DNA of 64,000 bases, taken from assembly GCA_964658305.1 (NCBI GenBank), contig OZ210885.1, positions 20,832,001 to 20,896,000 of the forward strand, given 5' to 3'. Numbering within the stretch: the stretch's first letter is position 1; every line of letters begins with the position of its first letter. The translations under genes and the position numbers were made by a program. Of the stretch, positions 37,189 to 50,405 are shown one piece after another. The notes beneath the pieces were generated by a model. The model was not told the DNA's origin. It did no database searches and saw only the letters and a list, made by a program, of their open reading frames with translations. The stretch is from Leptogorgia sarmentosa. Taxonomy: Eukaryota.

Positions 37189-39216
37189 ATGTCCCGGCCT
37201 GCCGGCGCCTCGTTGGACGAAGTCAGAAATGTGGTTGCCGCCATTGATGCCGACGTTGTACTTCAACCAAATACCGATGCCTCGACAGATCCTGTCCATC
37301 CGACGATAGCGACGTCTGAATCCGATCAAACAGCCACACCAGATGTTGAGATTATTGGCGGAATGCCAACCACGAGGGATGACAAACTTGAGGCATGTTA
37401 GACTTCCATTGATAGGCAGTCACCCGCTATAATGGTCGCAAATATCTTCATAAACATGGGAAATCCGGAGAGAAAACAGGTTTTCTTGGTGTCTTAAACC
37501 AAATTTGTTTTAAATGAGGGCGCGACCCCTTTTCATCGTTGAATCGCACAAGGTACTTGCCGTTCCGCCTCAATGATGCCTGTTGTTGCATGAGGTGACC
37601 ATGTATTGTATATTAATTTTCGCTAAGTAATCGTTTACCACAGCTTTATGTCGCCGTGTTAATTCTTCCGAACTTTAGTTACGTTAAATTCATCGCTTAT
37701 GGCAATGCCGACAATATCCTATTTCTGTTAGGAAAAAAGCCTATTTAAAAATGACGAACTATAGTTCTGCGAGATACTGGAACACTGGACCTAACGGGCG
37801 TCGTTGTGAGACACGTTTTCACGTAAACGGTCGATCTTGGTTGGCACTAATAAGTACAACCCCGTAGAAGATTGACCACCGAGTATCTCAGTGGTGTAGC
37901 GATGTCTGAAGATTACATATAATTATGTAAAGATTCGCTACAGGTACAACGCGTAGATATGTCTCGCCTTTCAAAACGTTGAGTATGATGACAACTTTTA
38001 TCCGAGTATAGCTAGGACGTCGTTCGATAAGATCCATGCGTGACACGTCTAGTCATTGCACAACCGTGCCGGGTTGAAGATGATAACACCCCCTTGTCCG
38101 AGCAGGGACATAAAATAATACAGCTGGATGAGCAACATGGCTATACGTCAACGCGGAGGTTATTTAGCCATGGAAACACCGTGAAGGGTTGAAGATATGA
38201 GTACACCTCTTGTCTGAGCAGGGACATAAACAATACAGCTGGATGGAAAACATGGCTGTACGTAAATGCGTAGGTTACTAGCAATTGAACAACCGTGAAG
38301 GGTTGAAGATGAATACACCTCTTGTCCGAGCAGGGACATACAACGGGATGTGTATATAAGATGGCTATAAGTCAACGCGTAGGTTACTTAGCCATTGAAC
38401 CACCGTGAAGGGTGGAAGACGAATACACCTCTTGTCCGAGCAGGGACATACAACGGGATGTATATATAAGATGGCTATAAGTCAACGCGTAGGCTGCTAG
38501 CCATTGAACCACCGTGGAGGGTTGAAGATGAATACACCTCTTGTCCGAGCAGGGCATACAACGGGATGTGTATATAAGATGGCTATAAGTCAACGCGTAG
38601 GTTGCTAGCCATTGAACCACCGTGAAGGGTCACAACCTTTGTCCGCGTATATACGAGGAAGTGGCACAAAGAATGTGGGGGAAGTAATACACGTAAACAG
38701 ATATATTTTATTATTTGTAGATTGAAAAACTTAAAAAACAGTTACAAGCCCTGCAGAAGAAAACTGATCAGGCCTCTGTGGAGAATAAAATTCTGGCACT
38801 GCAGGCGTTAGCAGCCCGACCCGAATCGCTGTTTGACGAACATGCGGTTTTAGCTGCGTTAGAAGAGGTCGTCGACGTATGTCGTGAGAAAAATGATGAG
38901 CGCCTCAAGCGTTTTAATATTATCTTGAGACAATGCAGGCCATTTGTAAATGGTAGACGCCTGCTGAAAGACATCCTTATGAAGCTGGTCGCAACCAAAG
39001 AAGAGTCTGAGGTGGCTAAAGTTATCACGAAATCTTGGAAGTCTTATCACACCCTCCCCCCGTCGAGGGCACCGGCCAGGCCTCGCGGAACATCGTTCCG
39101 ACAACGTCGCAGAGGGGGTGCTAGTAGTAGCAGGCCAGCCCGTTCGGACTTGACATGTTGGATTTGTTGACAACCGGGCCATTTTGCACGTTCATGTCAA
39201 CAGCGTCGCACATGAG
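37189..39216 (+). pseudogene. Two-exon gag-like ORF of the Ngaro/PAT element
   Basis: Exon 37189-37392 joins exon 38721 onward in phase 0 (DKLE|IEKLKKQLQ). C-terminal CWIC*QPGHFARSC knuckle has one stop. Confidence 0.65.
38062..38630 (+). repeat. Tandem array of five ~110-bp hairpin-rich units (degenerate units upstream to ~37850)
   Basis: Units start ~38062, 38178, 38292, 38402, 38511, with a partial at 38619. Shared ACCGTGAAGGGTTGAAGA and CTTGTCCGAGCAGGGACAT blocks. Confidence 0.9.
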
Positions 39217-39499
39217 ACGCCGACCATTCTGGCGTTTCAATATTTAACTGACTTGTGTGTGACAATTCATATATTTATATCTATGTTCAACATAAATATG
39301 TATTGATTATGAAATAAACTGTTTATCGAGTACTGTTCTGTTTTCATACCTCGTTTTCCAATATTCAATATGTACAATACTGACGGGAGAGTAACGAGAA
39401 ATGATCCCACAAGCACTTAGGGCTGTGCCCGGTTCTTGCGTACCTACGGGTCGACGGCGATCATTTTCTCTGAGCTCGGCTTCCGTAATATCGCTAGTA

Positions 39500-40280
39500 G
39501 CTACTAATAGGCTGTTAATTTGGTTTTTATAACTAGCATTTGTATGACTGCTTCGATCCTCACGACGTAGCTCGAAAGAGACAGATTCAACCAATCTTGT
39601 GGGTATCTGCAAAGGAAGCCCGAGCACAGAGAAAATGAGAAGTGCGCGTGATACCATTAATGAAATTGATCGGATCATTTCTGGCGAAGTGGCGACCCTA
39701 GACCACATAAGTTTTCGGGATCCAGCCTCATTCAAGGCAGGGGAAATACACAACCATATCCTCATGTGGGACACACTGTTGGAAGACCACCCTATGAGAC
39801 AATGCATTTTGGCATGGCTATCGGAAGGTGTGAATGTGTTGTCTTTTATGCAGCCTTTTAAAGGGTATTTTCAGAGGGAACCGTTTGATTCTCCTCAACC
39901 TCCGCGCCGGGTATTTCAAAATCACCCCTCCTGTTGTGCTTTCTCGGATTTTATCACTCAGAAAATTTTAAATCGGGTGGCTACTGGAGCCCTACGAATT
40001 TGGGGGTAAAGTGTCAGAGAGGGAACCTCCCTGGTTGGTCTCACCAATGTTAGTCGAGCCCAGTAAACCCAGGTTGTGTGTTGACGCCCGTTTTTTGAAC
40101 TTATGGATGAAAGACACTCCATTTAAACTCAATACCCTTACCCGTGTTCCAGAGTTCACTTATCCGAACTCACACATGACAAAAATTGATGATAAGGCAG
40201 GGTATGACTATGTTTTACTTTCCAAAGATTCGCAACAATACTTTAGAATACAATCGCGCGGGTGGTGGATCTATTATTAG
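39500..40280 (+). pseudogene. DIRS-type reverse transcriptase, truncated
   Basis: FRDPASFKAGEIH, PWLVSPMLVEPSKPRLCVDARFLNLW, KIDDKAGYD. Confidence 0.8.
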
Positions 40281-41012
40281 TGTTAGAGCTTGGGGAACGG
40301 ATCATTAGGTAGATATCTATTTCACCTAGTAGGCGTTAAGAGATAAATATGTATTGGGAAATTTAATGAGGATTGGGGATGAATAAAGCGCAGGGAGGAA
40401 ATAGAGTGAAGATGGCTAGAAGTTATGAGTGCATTGACAGCACAATTGCGTAGAAAGGGTTACTCGCCATAACTTAATGCTAATGAGGAAGTAAGAGGGA
40501 TAAAGGACTATTCAAACTAATTAAATATTCATTATCTTGATGACGTCATTAGCACTATAAGTAAAGGAACTTAGAATAAATTAACGTCAGTTGGCACGAA
40601 CGTTAGAGAAAAAAAAACAAAAAAAAAACGTTTTCCCGCCCATCCCATCCCGTCTACTTTCTCATTGCTTATCCTTTCAAGCATGCTTGTCAGGGTTACT
40701 CGCCATAACTTAATGCTAATGAGGAAGTAGGAGGGATAAAGGACGATTCCGATTCGGACAACGAGGAATAAACTTTGTTGTAAAAACATTTTGTATAAAC
40801 GTTATAAACATTCGTGATTTGTTGCGTGTTCGAAAATATTGTTGAAACTATGTCATATGACACTTTGTCACGTGAATTGATAATACTAAATTATGTAAAT
40901 TATAATAATGATGTAAATACGGTTTCCAGTGAATCAAATACGTATATTATTAATCACATTTTTAAAAAAAATGTTATCCCCTGTTCTTGTGAGTATGATT
41001 TCAAAATTAATA

Positions 41013-41170
41013 TAATAAAGTGGCAATTGCACTGAGTGACAGGCAATTTTGGTCTGAAATCAAACTTGTGATTACAAAATCTCACCCCCGCTTCGCGATC
41101 GTGCGATTTTGTAATCACGCGTTTGATTTCAGACCAAATTGCCCTCCACTCAGTGCAATTACCATTATTA
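41013..41170. repeat. ~158-bp imperfect palindrome (probable Crypton 3' terminal hairpin)
   Basis: AATTGCACTGAGTG..TTTGGTCTGAAATCAAAC..GTGATTACAAAATC, mirrored on the right arm. Confidence 0.8.
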
Positions 41171-41371
41171 GAAGAAATCGAACGCCACTTCTGTACTTTG
41201 AAAAAAAATTTAATTACTTAAATGACAATTATAGGTACTTTATTAGTTAATTGGATATTAATGAACTTGTCCAGACTAAGTAAATAATTGGAACATTTCA
41301 GTAAGTTTAAAACAAAAAAAACTATTTTGTTGTTTGATTAAGTATAGAATTAGCTACCTGGTGAAAAGGGA

Positions 41372-41478
41372 TGTAAGGAACTTATTATTATTCAATACTT
41401 ATGCAAATGTGTTTTACATATGAGTACTTATAGCTGTGATGCACCAATAAACTTTACTTTTTTCATATAACACTTACA
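41372..41478 (+). repeat. 3' LTR of Gypsy element
   Basis: Direct repeat of 28324-28430, preceded by a polypurine tract. Confidence 0.95.
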
Positions 41479-41559
41479 ATATTGTTACATATTTATAAGC
41501 AACTGTAGAAAGTTTTAGTTCTGTAGAAAGAGTAGTTCTAATACTATTTCAGAAATTCT

Positions 41560-42030
41560 ATCATAAAGTCAATGATTTCACATATATGTCTCCAATGAAG
41601 GAGGGTTAGATTAAAATAGGAACTGGTAACAGATCCATACAAGCAAGTATGACAGTTGGTCATACTTGCTGCAACTGCATAACATTTTGCAAGTGCCTGT
41701 AACAAAACATTTTTGGTTTTTCTTGAAATCCAGGAATGCAAAGTTTTGACTAATCTTTCCAAATCCCCATTCAACACTCACTCTGACTTTGCTCATCAAT
41801 ATGTTGAACTCCTTCTGTTCATCTGTGAGTTGTGCACCATAAAAGGAAGCAATTGTGCCAGCTGATAAACCATATCCTGAGTCACCAAAAATTACACATG
41901 TCCATTGGGTTTTCTGACTTGAGGTAGCTTATCAGATTGACCGCTTACTCTCAGCATGAATGCAGCATGTCTTCCATCTATGGGACCAAAAAGGTGGGTG
42001 ATTAAACCAGTCGGAGCTTGAACAGACTAA
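41560..42030 (-). pseudogene. Harbinger transposase C-terminal half (second Harbinger)
   Basis: SVQAPTGLITHLFGPIDGR, FGDSGYG, MSKVRVSVEWGFGKISQNFAFLDFKKN, TNCHTCLYG. Confidence 0.8.
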
Positions 42031-42134
42031 AAATTAATTTGCCGTTCAATAAATCTTTAAAGTAACAACAGTCATGTAATACTATCATGTTGTCAACATA
42101 ATTTCAAGCAATGCATTCTTTTGAATGACATGTA

Positions 42135-45100
42135 CCATCAAAATATTCACCACTTCCATCATAACTGTGAGGAGAATTTCATCTGAAACAATCTGTTCCT
42201 TCAAAATAGCGCCTAGCACTTGTCGCACAGATCTAATCATCCGTTCCCAATTGCCACCCATGTGGCTCGCCGAGGGAGGATTAAAGATCCATTCAATCTT
42301 CCTTTGGATGCAGAATTGGCCAATCTTACTCTGATTCCATTGTTCCATAATTTGATTCAGTTCTTTATTTCCACGCACAAAGTTTGTACCACGGTTACTC
42401 CTAAGGAGCTCCGGGCATCCACAAATGCAAATAAATCTTTGCAGAGCATTTATCATCGAATCTGTGTCTAATGAGTGCGCTATTTCTACGTGAATAGCTC
42501 GTGTTGTCAAACAAGTAAATATACAGCCATATCGCTGTGATCTTCTCTGTTTCACTTGCAGAGGCCCAAAATAATCGACGCCAACATAAGTGAATGCTGG
42601 TTTATCTGGGGTAAGCCGTTCTTGCGGTAAACTCGCCATGAGCTGCTCTGATAATCTTGCCTTTCTTCGTTGACAGCTTATGCATCTCTTAATCACTCTT
42701 CTGACCGCTGATCTTCCCTTGATTATCCAAAATTCTTGTCGCAAAGACGAAAGAACGGACTCTTGGCCCATATGACCCATCAATCTATGATGGTGCCGAG
42801 TAATCATATCGGTAATATGGTGTTTGTAAGGCAGGATGATAGGATGTTTCAACTTATCGTCAACCTGGGCGTTGACTAATCTTCCTCCGACTCGTAATAA
42901 ACCGTCCTTAATCAACAGATTTAGTTGATGGATGGATGATCCTGACTCTCTAAGAGTTCTCTTTGTCGCACCCCTGGACACATAACGGTGAGTATGTGAT
43001 AGAATTTCCAACACATCGGGAAAGGCGATAGACTGAACGCGTTTAAGAATATTACGTTCCGCTGCATTCAGGTCACTCAGGGTCAAGTCTCCAAACTTTT
43101 CCTTTGTGATTTTGTTTGATGTAAACTTGTTCTCTTTCCTTACAGCTACCTTAAGTCGAAGGTAGTTCTTATACCGCAACCACCAGGCGACTGCACGTTT
43201 CAATCTCCACCAATCCGAATAGAACGAAATCAATTCATCCAAACCGTTACCACTCACAGTAGCTGAATAATTTTGGTCTCCTTTAAGAAATTCAGCACCC
43301 TTTAATCAACGATCATTCTTGAGCATGTCGTTTAATTTTAATTCTTTCGAACCGTCATCAGCAGGATTGTTGTCTCGATCGACGTAGTTCCATTCCGATG
43401 GATTGGATCCATTATGAATTATAGTCAAGCGGTTCGATTCAAATGTGTGAAACCTTTTCGTTTGATTGTAAATACACTTTAATACCGACATTGAATCAGT
43501 CCAATAACAGGTTCTTCGTATCTCAACATCAAACTCTTCGCGAATGATTGTAGACAGTCTTACAGAGAGAACCGCAGCGGTTAACTCTAACCGTGGGAAG
43601 GTTATTTCGCGTATCCGACTCGCGAGGCGTCTGAGAATAAATGCAACTGGATCTCCACGATTTCCTGAAAATCCAGTGGTTTGAAACAGCGATCGACCTT
43701 AATCGATTCTAGCTTTGGAATATCTTCGAACCAGCGTTTCCATTGTGCGTTCTCGCTTTCTGGTATTGGATCGTCCCATCCCATCTTCATCCTGCCGAGC
43801 GCTTGCAATAGGATCTTGCCTTTCATGACATAAGGTGCTATAAACCCCAACGGATCAAAAAGGGAATAAACAGCAGACACCATCTCTCTTCGCGTTATCA
43901 GCGATTCTTTCTTTAACTGCAGCATCTTCTCAGGGGTATTCCACACAAACACGTCTTCTTCTGGATTCCACTTAAGGCCAAGAGTGGACTCTGTAGGTAG
44001 ATGATTTCTTTCTAAGTTAACCATGGATTTGACTCGTTCAGATTCAGGAACTGAGGCTAACACTTCTCTATTGTTGCTGAACCATTTCATCAGTCGGAAT
44101 TGCCTCTTTGCAATAATTCTCTTAGCTGGCGTGCTAGACTTGTAGCCTTCTCCGTCGTACTCGTTGATTTCATCATGTCATCAACGTACATGTTGCGTTT
44201 CACCGTCTCTATTACCACATCATCGTATCGTTTGCTGTTTAACTCTGCTGTTTTCCGTAGACAGAAATTGGCAACACTAGGTGAAGAAGAGATGTTTCCG
44301 CATTTGATATTCTTCTAACTCCTTAGACTGATCAGCATTTGGCCACCAAAGAAACCTTAGCACGTCACGATCCTTTGGGTCTACTAGCACTTGGTGGAAC
44401 ATTGCTTCTATATCAGCTACCAATCCAACTCTCTCTTGTCTGAACCGGCTTAAAACACCAAGCAGTTGATTCGTGTTATTAGGTCCTTGCGTCAGTTGCT
44501 GATTCAGGGATGTCCCGCGATATGTGGCAGCGCAATCGTAAACCACTCGTACTTTTTCGGGTTTTTGCGGATGTATCACAGGATGATGGGGTAGATACCA
44601 AACTGGTCTGTTCTTCGTTTGTAATTCATCTTCTGGTACTCTTTCAGCATGTCCTTTCTCAATATAGTCATTCATTGTTATTTGATACTTAACGAACAAA
44701 TATTCGTTCTTCATCAAGCGTTTCTTCAACAGCAATGCTCTTCGTTCTGCAACTACCTTGTTGTTCGGTAAGTAGGGTGGATAATTCCTCCATGGCAAAG
44801 CTATTTGGTAATGTCCATCAATTACCGTCAATGATGTTTCCATTATATCCAAAGCCTTTCTATCTTCTATTGAATCACACACCTTAGCATCCATGAGTGA
44901 TCGTTCAAAGTCGGTATTTCGCAATGCTTTCAACTGACTGTTGAGCTTATCATCTTGGTGATGTTGTTCTACTTCTTGCTTGCACAAATTGGTTCGCTCT
45001 CTAACTTCTAGGTCAGACCGTTCGCTTCCGTTCTTGACCAGCTTAGAGCATTCGCTCCTTTTCAAAACCGGAATGTTATGTAGAGAATTCCAACCTTGAT

Positions 45101-47925
45101 AAGTAATGTCTAGTGTAGTACTGTTGGCTGTGCGGATACAGTTCGCTGAACAGCTAGGGCTGTCCTTTTCACCACCAACAGGACCGATCACCATCCATCC
45201 TAAACTGTAACGCACTGCTATGGGTTCTTTCTCGCCTCCTACTCGATACTCCAACATTACATCACCGTCCTTTATCTCATGTAAATCAATGTTATTCAAA
45301 TGAGGCCAAGACTTTATATGGTCTTTCTTAGCGACACAATCTTCCGGAATTGGCATGTTGTTAACTGTTCTAACATTTGACAACTCGACGGATGTTCTAT
45401 CATCCATAGAAATAACCACAATATCATCAATCAATTGACTTCTTACCACTGTTGATCCAGTCATACCAAATAACGTAAAGTCAAGATTCTCACCAGTCGC
45501 ACCAAGTTTCTTCATCAACTGTTCATCGCAAAGAGTCACTTCAGAACCACTGTCTAATAGAGCATAAGTCTTGACTGGTGGCTGAGTTGTCCCCTTGACT
45601 CGAATCTTGACTGGAATGACACTGAGACACGCCTTCTCACTGACCCCAGTTGCCGCACTTGACTGAAGCTTTTCCCTTTCGCTCACTCCTTCCTTCGGAT
45701 CAGGCTCTGTGTTCGTACTCTTTGACACTTGACATTTACTGTTCCTATTGTTATAGAAATGAACAGGGGGATGCATCAATGTGTTATGTTCTTGGTTGCA
45801 TCCTTCCTTCTGGCATTTAAATTGTGTCTTTGGACATACTCTTGCATAATGACCACTGCTCAGGCACTTGAAACAAAGGTTGTTATCTTGGACAAATTTC
45901 CTTTTTTCCCAATATGAGAATTCTTTAAATTTGTCACATCTCCAAACTCTGTGTTGACTCGAACACATAGGACACTTGGGTTGACCAGCTGCATAACCAT
46001 CCTTATCCCCACTTCCGGTGGCTAGCGTGGAATAGCGTGCATAACGTCTTCGGGAATCTTTGTTTTTTTACAGTATCACTCTTGTCCTTGAATACTGTGG
46101 CAAGATCTTCCCCAAATTCATTATTCACAAGTGTTGCCCTTCGTTTTACAAACTGAAGAAAATCTTTAAACTTCGGTCTTGATCCCGACTCAATCATTTC
46201 TCCAGCTTTTTCCATCCATTTTATTCTCATAAACATTGGTAACTTCCGATTCAATGATTTCAATGTGTTGACATGATTTAATTCTTCAACGTACTCGGGA
46301 CCCATGCCTGCTAACGTTCTATCCACAACTTCAAGTTGTCTGCCAAACTCTAACAAGTTTTTTCCATCACCTTGTTTCAAAGGGTTTAAATTCTCCAATT
46401 TCTTAAGATGTGCCTGTGCAATAATATGCGGTCTCCCAAAGCTCTCACACAATGTCTCTTTAGCGATTCGGTAACCTTCGCCAACAGGTAGATTGACACA
46501 GCTTTCTACTGCTTCTCGTGCTTGACCAGTACAATGCTGGATCAGAAGCTGTAGTCGTCTGGAACTATCAGGATTGACCTTCTCTAAGCATGTCTCAAAG
46601 TTATGAATGAATGAAACATAGTTTATTGGATCCCCATCAAAATGCATATACTTAATTTTGGGAGTCGAGACAACTTGACGCAACGCTTGCGCCACTTCTT
46701 CACCTGTGCTCAACTCTCGTGATACCGCTTGGTATCCATGACCCACATGTAACGGAGGAGCTTGTGAAGTTCCAGACCAAGGCATATTTCTTCCGTCTGG
46801 TGGCCAATCACTCGCATCGTCAACACGCAACGGTGATAGTCTATCTTGCTGATTAATTGTGCTGAAAGCTTCTGATTGTAAACGTCCACCTTCCCGAGAT
46901 AACTCTGGACGTTCTGAGGATCTCTTTGTCATCATATCTCTATACGGGTCCTGAGTAAAGCCAGTGTTTAATCCTGTACTAGTCTTTGGGTCCTGTGATT
47001 TTCGCCAAGGTCTAGGAAACATATTTGCGAGAGTTGCACCTGCTCTTAACTGTGGTACATAAGCCCCAGTACTCAAGCAATGATCTCTATAAGGTTTGTT
47101 CATATAGCCGCTTATGTTTGCCGTTGATTGTGCTGGTCCTGTTGATTCACCTATCTGGCCACTGTTCATGTCTGTAGGTAAGATCAGGTCAACAGCCTCA
47201 TCAAGTTGATTTTCCGTTAGCTGCCATTCTGGTTCAAGTTGCTGAAATTGCACCTTACTTCCCTCGTATTGATCAATGTTCTGCAGATCTTGGTCTTCAC
47301 AACCTTGTTCATACATCAGACTTACTGCCGCACGCTCCTCCTCCATTTGTGCTTCCAATAAATCCTTCTCATATTTTCACTCCGCCATCTTTCGGTCTAA
47401 CTCATGTTGCTTTTTTAATTGCCTTTGCTGAGCCTGAACTACCCTCTTAGCCTTTACTGATACAGACGATACAGTTCCACTTGAACGAAGTGTTCCAGAA
47501 TTGTTACTACGTTTAGTTTTATGTGATACACCACTTACTTCTTCCTTCAATTTCCCTTTATCCACTCTGTGAACTATACACCATTGGTCAAATTCCCCAT
47601 CGAAACACAATTTCCGCACCTTTTGTCTTTCGCAACTAAGAAGCGCCTTTTCCTTCTCTTTCTTCGAGAGAATATTTTCAAAATATTGTTCATGAGCATT
47701 GATCAATTTTTTCCAAGCTTCATCATACTTATCTTTCCTTGACAAAACATCATCATATGGGCCATCCGCACACATAACAGCTTCAATACCTTGAATTCTT
47801 GTCAAGTTACTTATATGTCCTGCTCGAGATTTAAACAATGAATGCGTTTTCTCAGCCATGTCTTCTTCATATTCCCTCCTTGTCTTCAGAATTCTCTGCC
47901 TCAGCCTTCTTCTCAGATCGGCCAT
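42135..47925 (-). pseudogene. BEL/Pao gag-pol polyprotein, frameshifted
   Basis: DUF1759-like FDGDPINY, three Cys-His knuckles, LLDSGSEVTL protease, RVVYDCAA/ADIEAMF/YVDD RT, LHLFSDAS RNase H, HH..GH..CISC and GVDYFGP/GGNWERMIR integrase. Confidence 0.9.
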
Positions 47926-49642
47926 AACACCAGTCTCAGACACTGTCTCTCTTCGAGTCTCATTGTTCAAATCATACAAACCATAACACTTGGCTGCTCA
48001 CAATCAACCAATCCAATTCGTCCTTCACAAGAACGTAAATAGTCCACTTTAACCAACAAAGTCGAACGGAAACCGATTTTAACTGTTACCACCGTTGGCA
48101 GCGAATATAAACACAGTAAATTCACACGATAAACAACGTAAAATTCAATTAATTTACTCCAAATTAGCTTCAAATTTTGTCACTTTAGTAATACTTCACA
48201 ATTGTATCATCTCATATTAATCATTCTAGTACGTTAAAATCGGTTTGTCCACCACAGTTCAAACAAAAAATTCTAACTAAATATCCAATTCGCTACAAGA
48301 TAACTTTAATAATTATGCCTCTACGAGCATCTCTAAATTATTTACAAAAATTGAAAGACAATTCAGTATAAATATTACTTACAAAAACCTCTATAATAAT
48401 ATATATCTATTAGTCTATATATACAAAAACATTGTCAAATATTTAAAAACCTAAATTCTATTAAAAATCTCATCTGATAAGTCCCAATACCCATGAGCGC
48501 CGTCTCTACCTAGATTGGTCAATTTATGATACTCTAGTTTTGCCTTAAAATCGTTCACTGAAGTTGCTTCTTTTACTTCACTTGGCAACATATTCCAATA
48601 CTTAACTACCCTCCGCTTAAATAGGTCCACACTACTACCAGGCTTATAACTTAAAGTATGTAAAAGATTTCTTCATGATCTCGAATGATGGGAAAAACCA
48701 TCTCCATAATTTACTATTCCTTTTATAATTTTAAAAGTTTCAATCAAATCGCCACGAGCACGGCGTTCTAGTAATGTAGTAAGACCCAGCCTTAGTAACC
48801 TTTCTTTGTACGACAAGTGTTCCAAATCCTCAATTCGCTTCGTGAATCTCCTTTGACAGTTTTCGAGACTCATTATTAAGTTCCAGTTCCCATTCCTTAA
48901 CGATGGTGACCATAACTGCACACAATACTCCAAGTGCGGTCTGACCAATGATTTATATATTGGTAAGAGCACACTCTTAGATCGAGACACAGTATTACGA
49001 AAGACCCATGAAGCCATCCGATTTGCCTTCCCAACTGCCTTTTCTATCTGATCCTTCCAATCGCACTTATAAGACATTTTAACTCCCAAATCGGATTCCC
49101 GAAGCACTGATTCAAGAACATTGCCATTCAACAAATAGTTATAGTTTTTATTATCCATTCCAACGTGCATTACAAAACATTTTGTGACGTTAAAAGACAT
49201 ACACCACTTGTACTCCCAATCCATCAAACTATTAAGGTCCTCCTGGATTTTATCTGGCCTCTCAGCATTGCCTATAAGCTTGACGTCATCGGCGAATAAC
49301 CCTGTTATAGATGAAACAGCATTAGGTAAATCGTTAAAGGGGAAGTCAGAGTTTATAACAACTTAGGCTCAAATGAAAGATTATATAATGCTTACCCCTC
49401 ACGCAAAGTATCACTTCTCCATGTTAAATCTAAGTCGAGATATAAAGCGATAAATGTGCTAAAATTTCCATATAACACAGCCGCCATGATATACATTGAA
49501 GCGAAGCGGCGATCACCCAGCGGTTTCACCTCGTGACGTCATTGCGCGGTTAGCTCATTGCCATTGTAAAAAACAAAGTATATACTGAAGCCAAGCCACA
49601 AGGCGAAATAATATTTTTAAATTTTAAAAAATATATCAAAAA

Positions 49643-50310
49643 ATGGATGTTCATTACTCAAACGGATCTTCGAGTGATGGCTCTGGAAGCAGTGGTTCGA
49701 GTTATGATGAAGATTTACATGTGGAAAGTCAGGAAAGAGACAGTATGAACATGATTCAACCTTACGCGTTCGAGCCGGTAGAATCAGACTCAAGTGGTGA
49801 GCATGTAGATTCAGAGGAAATGGCATCTGCATCTTCATCCAGTTCTGGGCAAACCACGAGACTTCAGGATACAAACTGGTAATTATTTTCTGAACAAACT
49901 TCTTGTATTATGTTATAATGTCAGCAATCTCTATGGCGATTTACATGGATTGCATTTTCAATTATGACATCCTGTATTGTTATTTTAATACAGGATGTCG
50001 ATTGCCAAAGTATTTGTATTTGGACAGGGAAGAAGAAAGTGTTTGCTGCCAGGAAATCCAAGCTTGTGATTCTATAAACCAAGAAGCAGCGCAAATTGAG
50101 AAAATACCAGTCCCAGAATGTATTACTGATAATCCTGTGTTTCAGAATTTATGTTTGAACTATTGGGTACTGAGACTTTCCTGGAGTCACTTCCGACAGT
50201 ATTATGGTGCGAAGGCATTTGAAGGGCCTGAACATAAAAAAAATCGACATGTTGCATACAGGACTTTTGTTAGGTGGTGCTGGGATATATTGGGCAAAGA
50301 AATAAGGTTA
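49643..50310 (+). pseudogene. KolX / P2X7 C-terminal-like gene of Kolobok B, 3'-truncated
   Basis: QPYAFEP...TNW|C...ESVCCQE...CITDNPVFQNLCLN...RHVAYRTFVRWCWDILGKEIR. Intron at about 49879-49993. Confidence 0.75.
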
Positions 50311-50405
50311 CTTACATTCGTTTATAATACATATATACAACTATTCAGGTTATTTACAACTATACAGGTTATTTACAACAAAGACTTAAGTTTGCAGGAA
50401 ACTGC

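Larger units (their letters stand above)
37059..40749 (+). mobile_element. DIRS-order YR retrotransposon with split direct repeats (Ngaro/PAT architecture), internally deleted
   Basis: A1 37059-37173, B1 40456-40513, A2 40510-40636, B2 40692-40749. gag with CCHC and DIRS-type RT. Confidence 0.9.
35345..40771 (+). pseudogene. Crypton tyrosine recombinase ORF (last codons lie beyond the Ngaro insert)
   Basis: HxxR and H/Y catalytic motifs. The C-terminus AFIIY|SDSDNEE* is restored when 37063-40749 is removed. Confidence 0.8.
35345..41170 (+). mobile_element. Crypton (tyrosine-recombinase DNA transposon), 5'-truncated, with two nested inserts
   Basis: DUF3504-type YR: NTTRSTKRW..LDKLLSKFY..KRDGTDYEP, GKGKRPNKA, GANTIG, TNHSMRKT, ITGHSRESSLDDY. 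Ends in a terminal hairpin at 41013-41170. Confidence 0.8.
28324..41478 (+). mobile_element. Ty3/Gypsy LTR retrotransposon, expanded by nested insertions
   Basis: Two 107-bp TG..CA LTRs, PBS, PPT (41363-41371), 5-bp TSD AGATT/ATATT (1 mismatch), gag-PR-RT-RH-IN remnants. Confidence 0.9.

Noticed and set aside
38062..38630. CRISPR array
   Set aside because: Units are ~110 bp and the variable parts are themselves repeated. No cas genes, and the context is eukaryotic.
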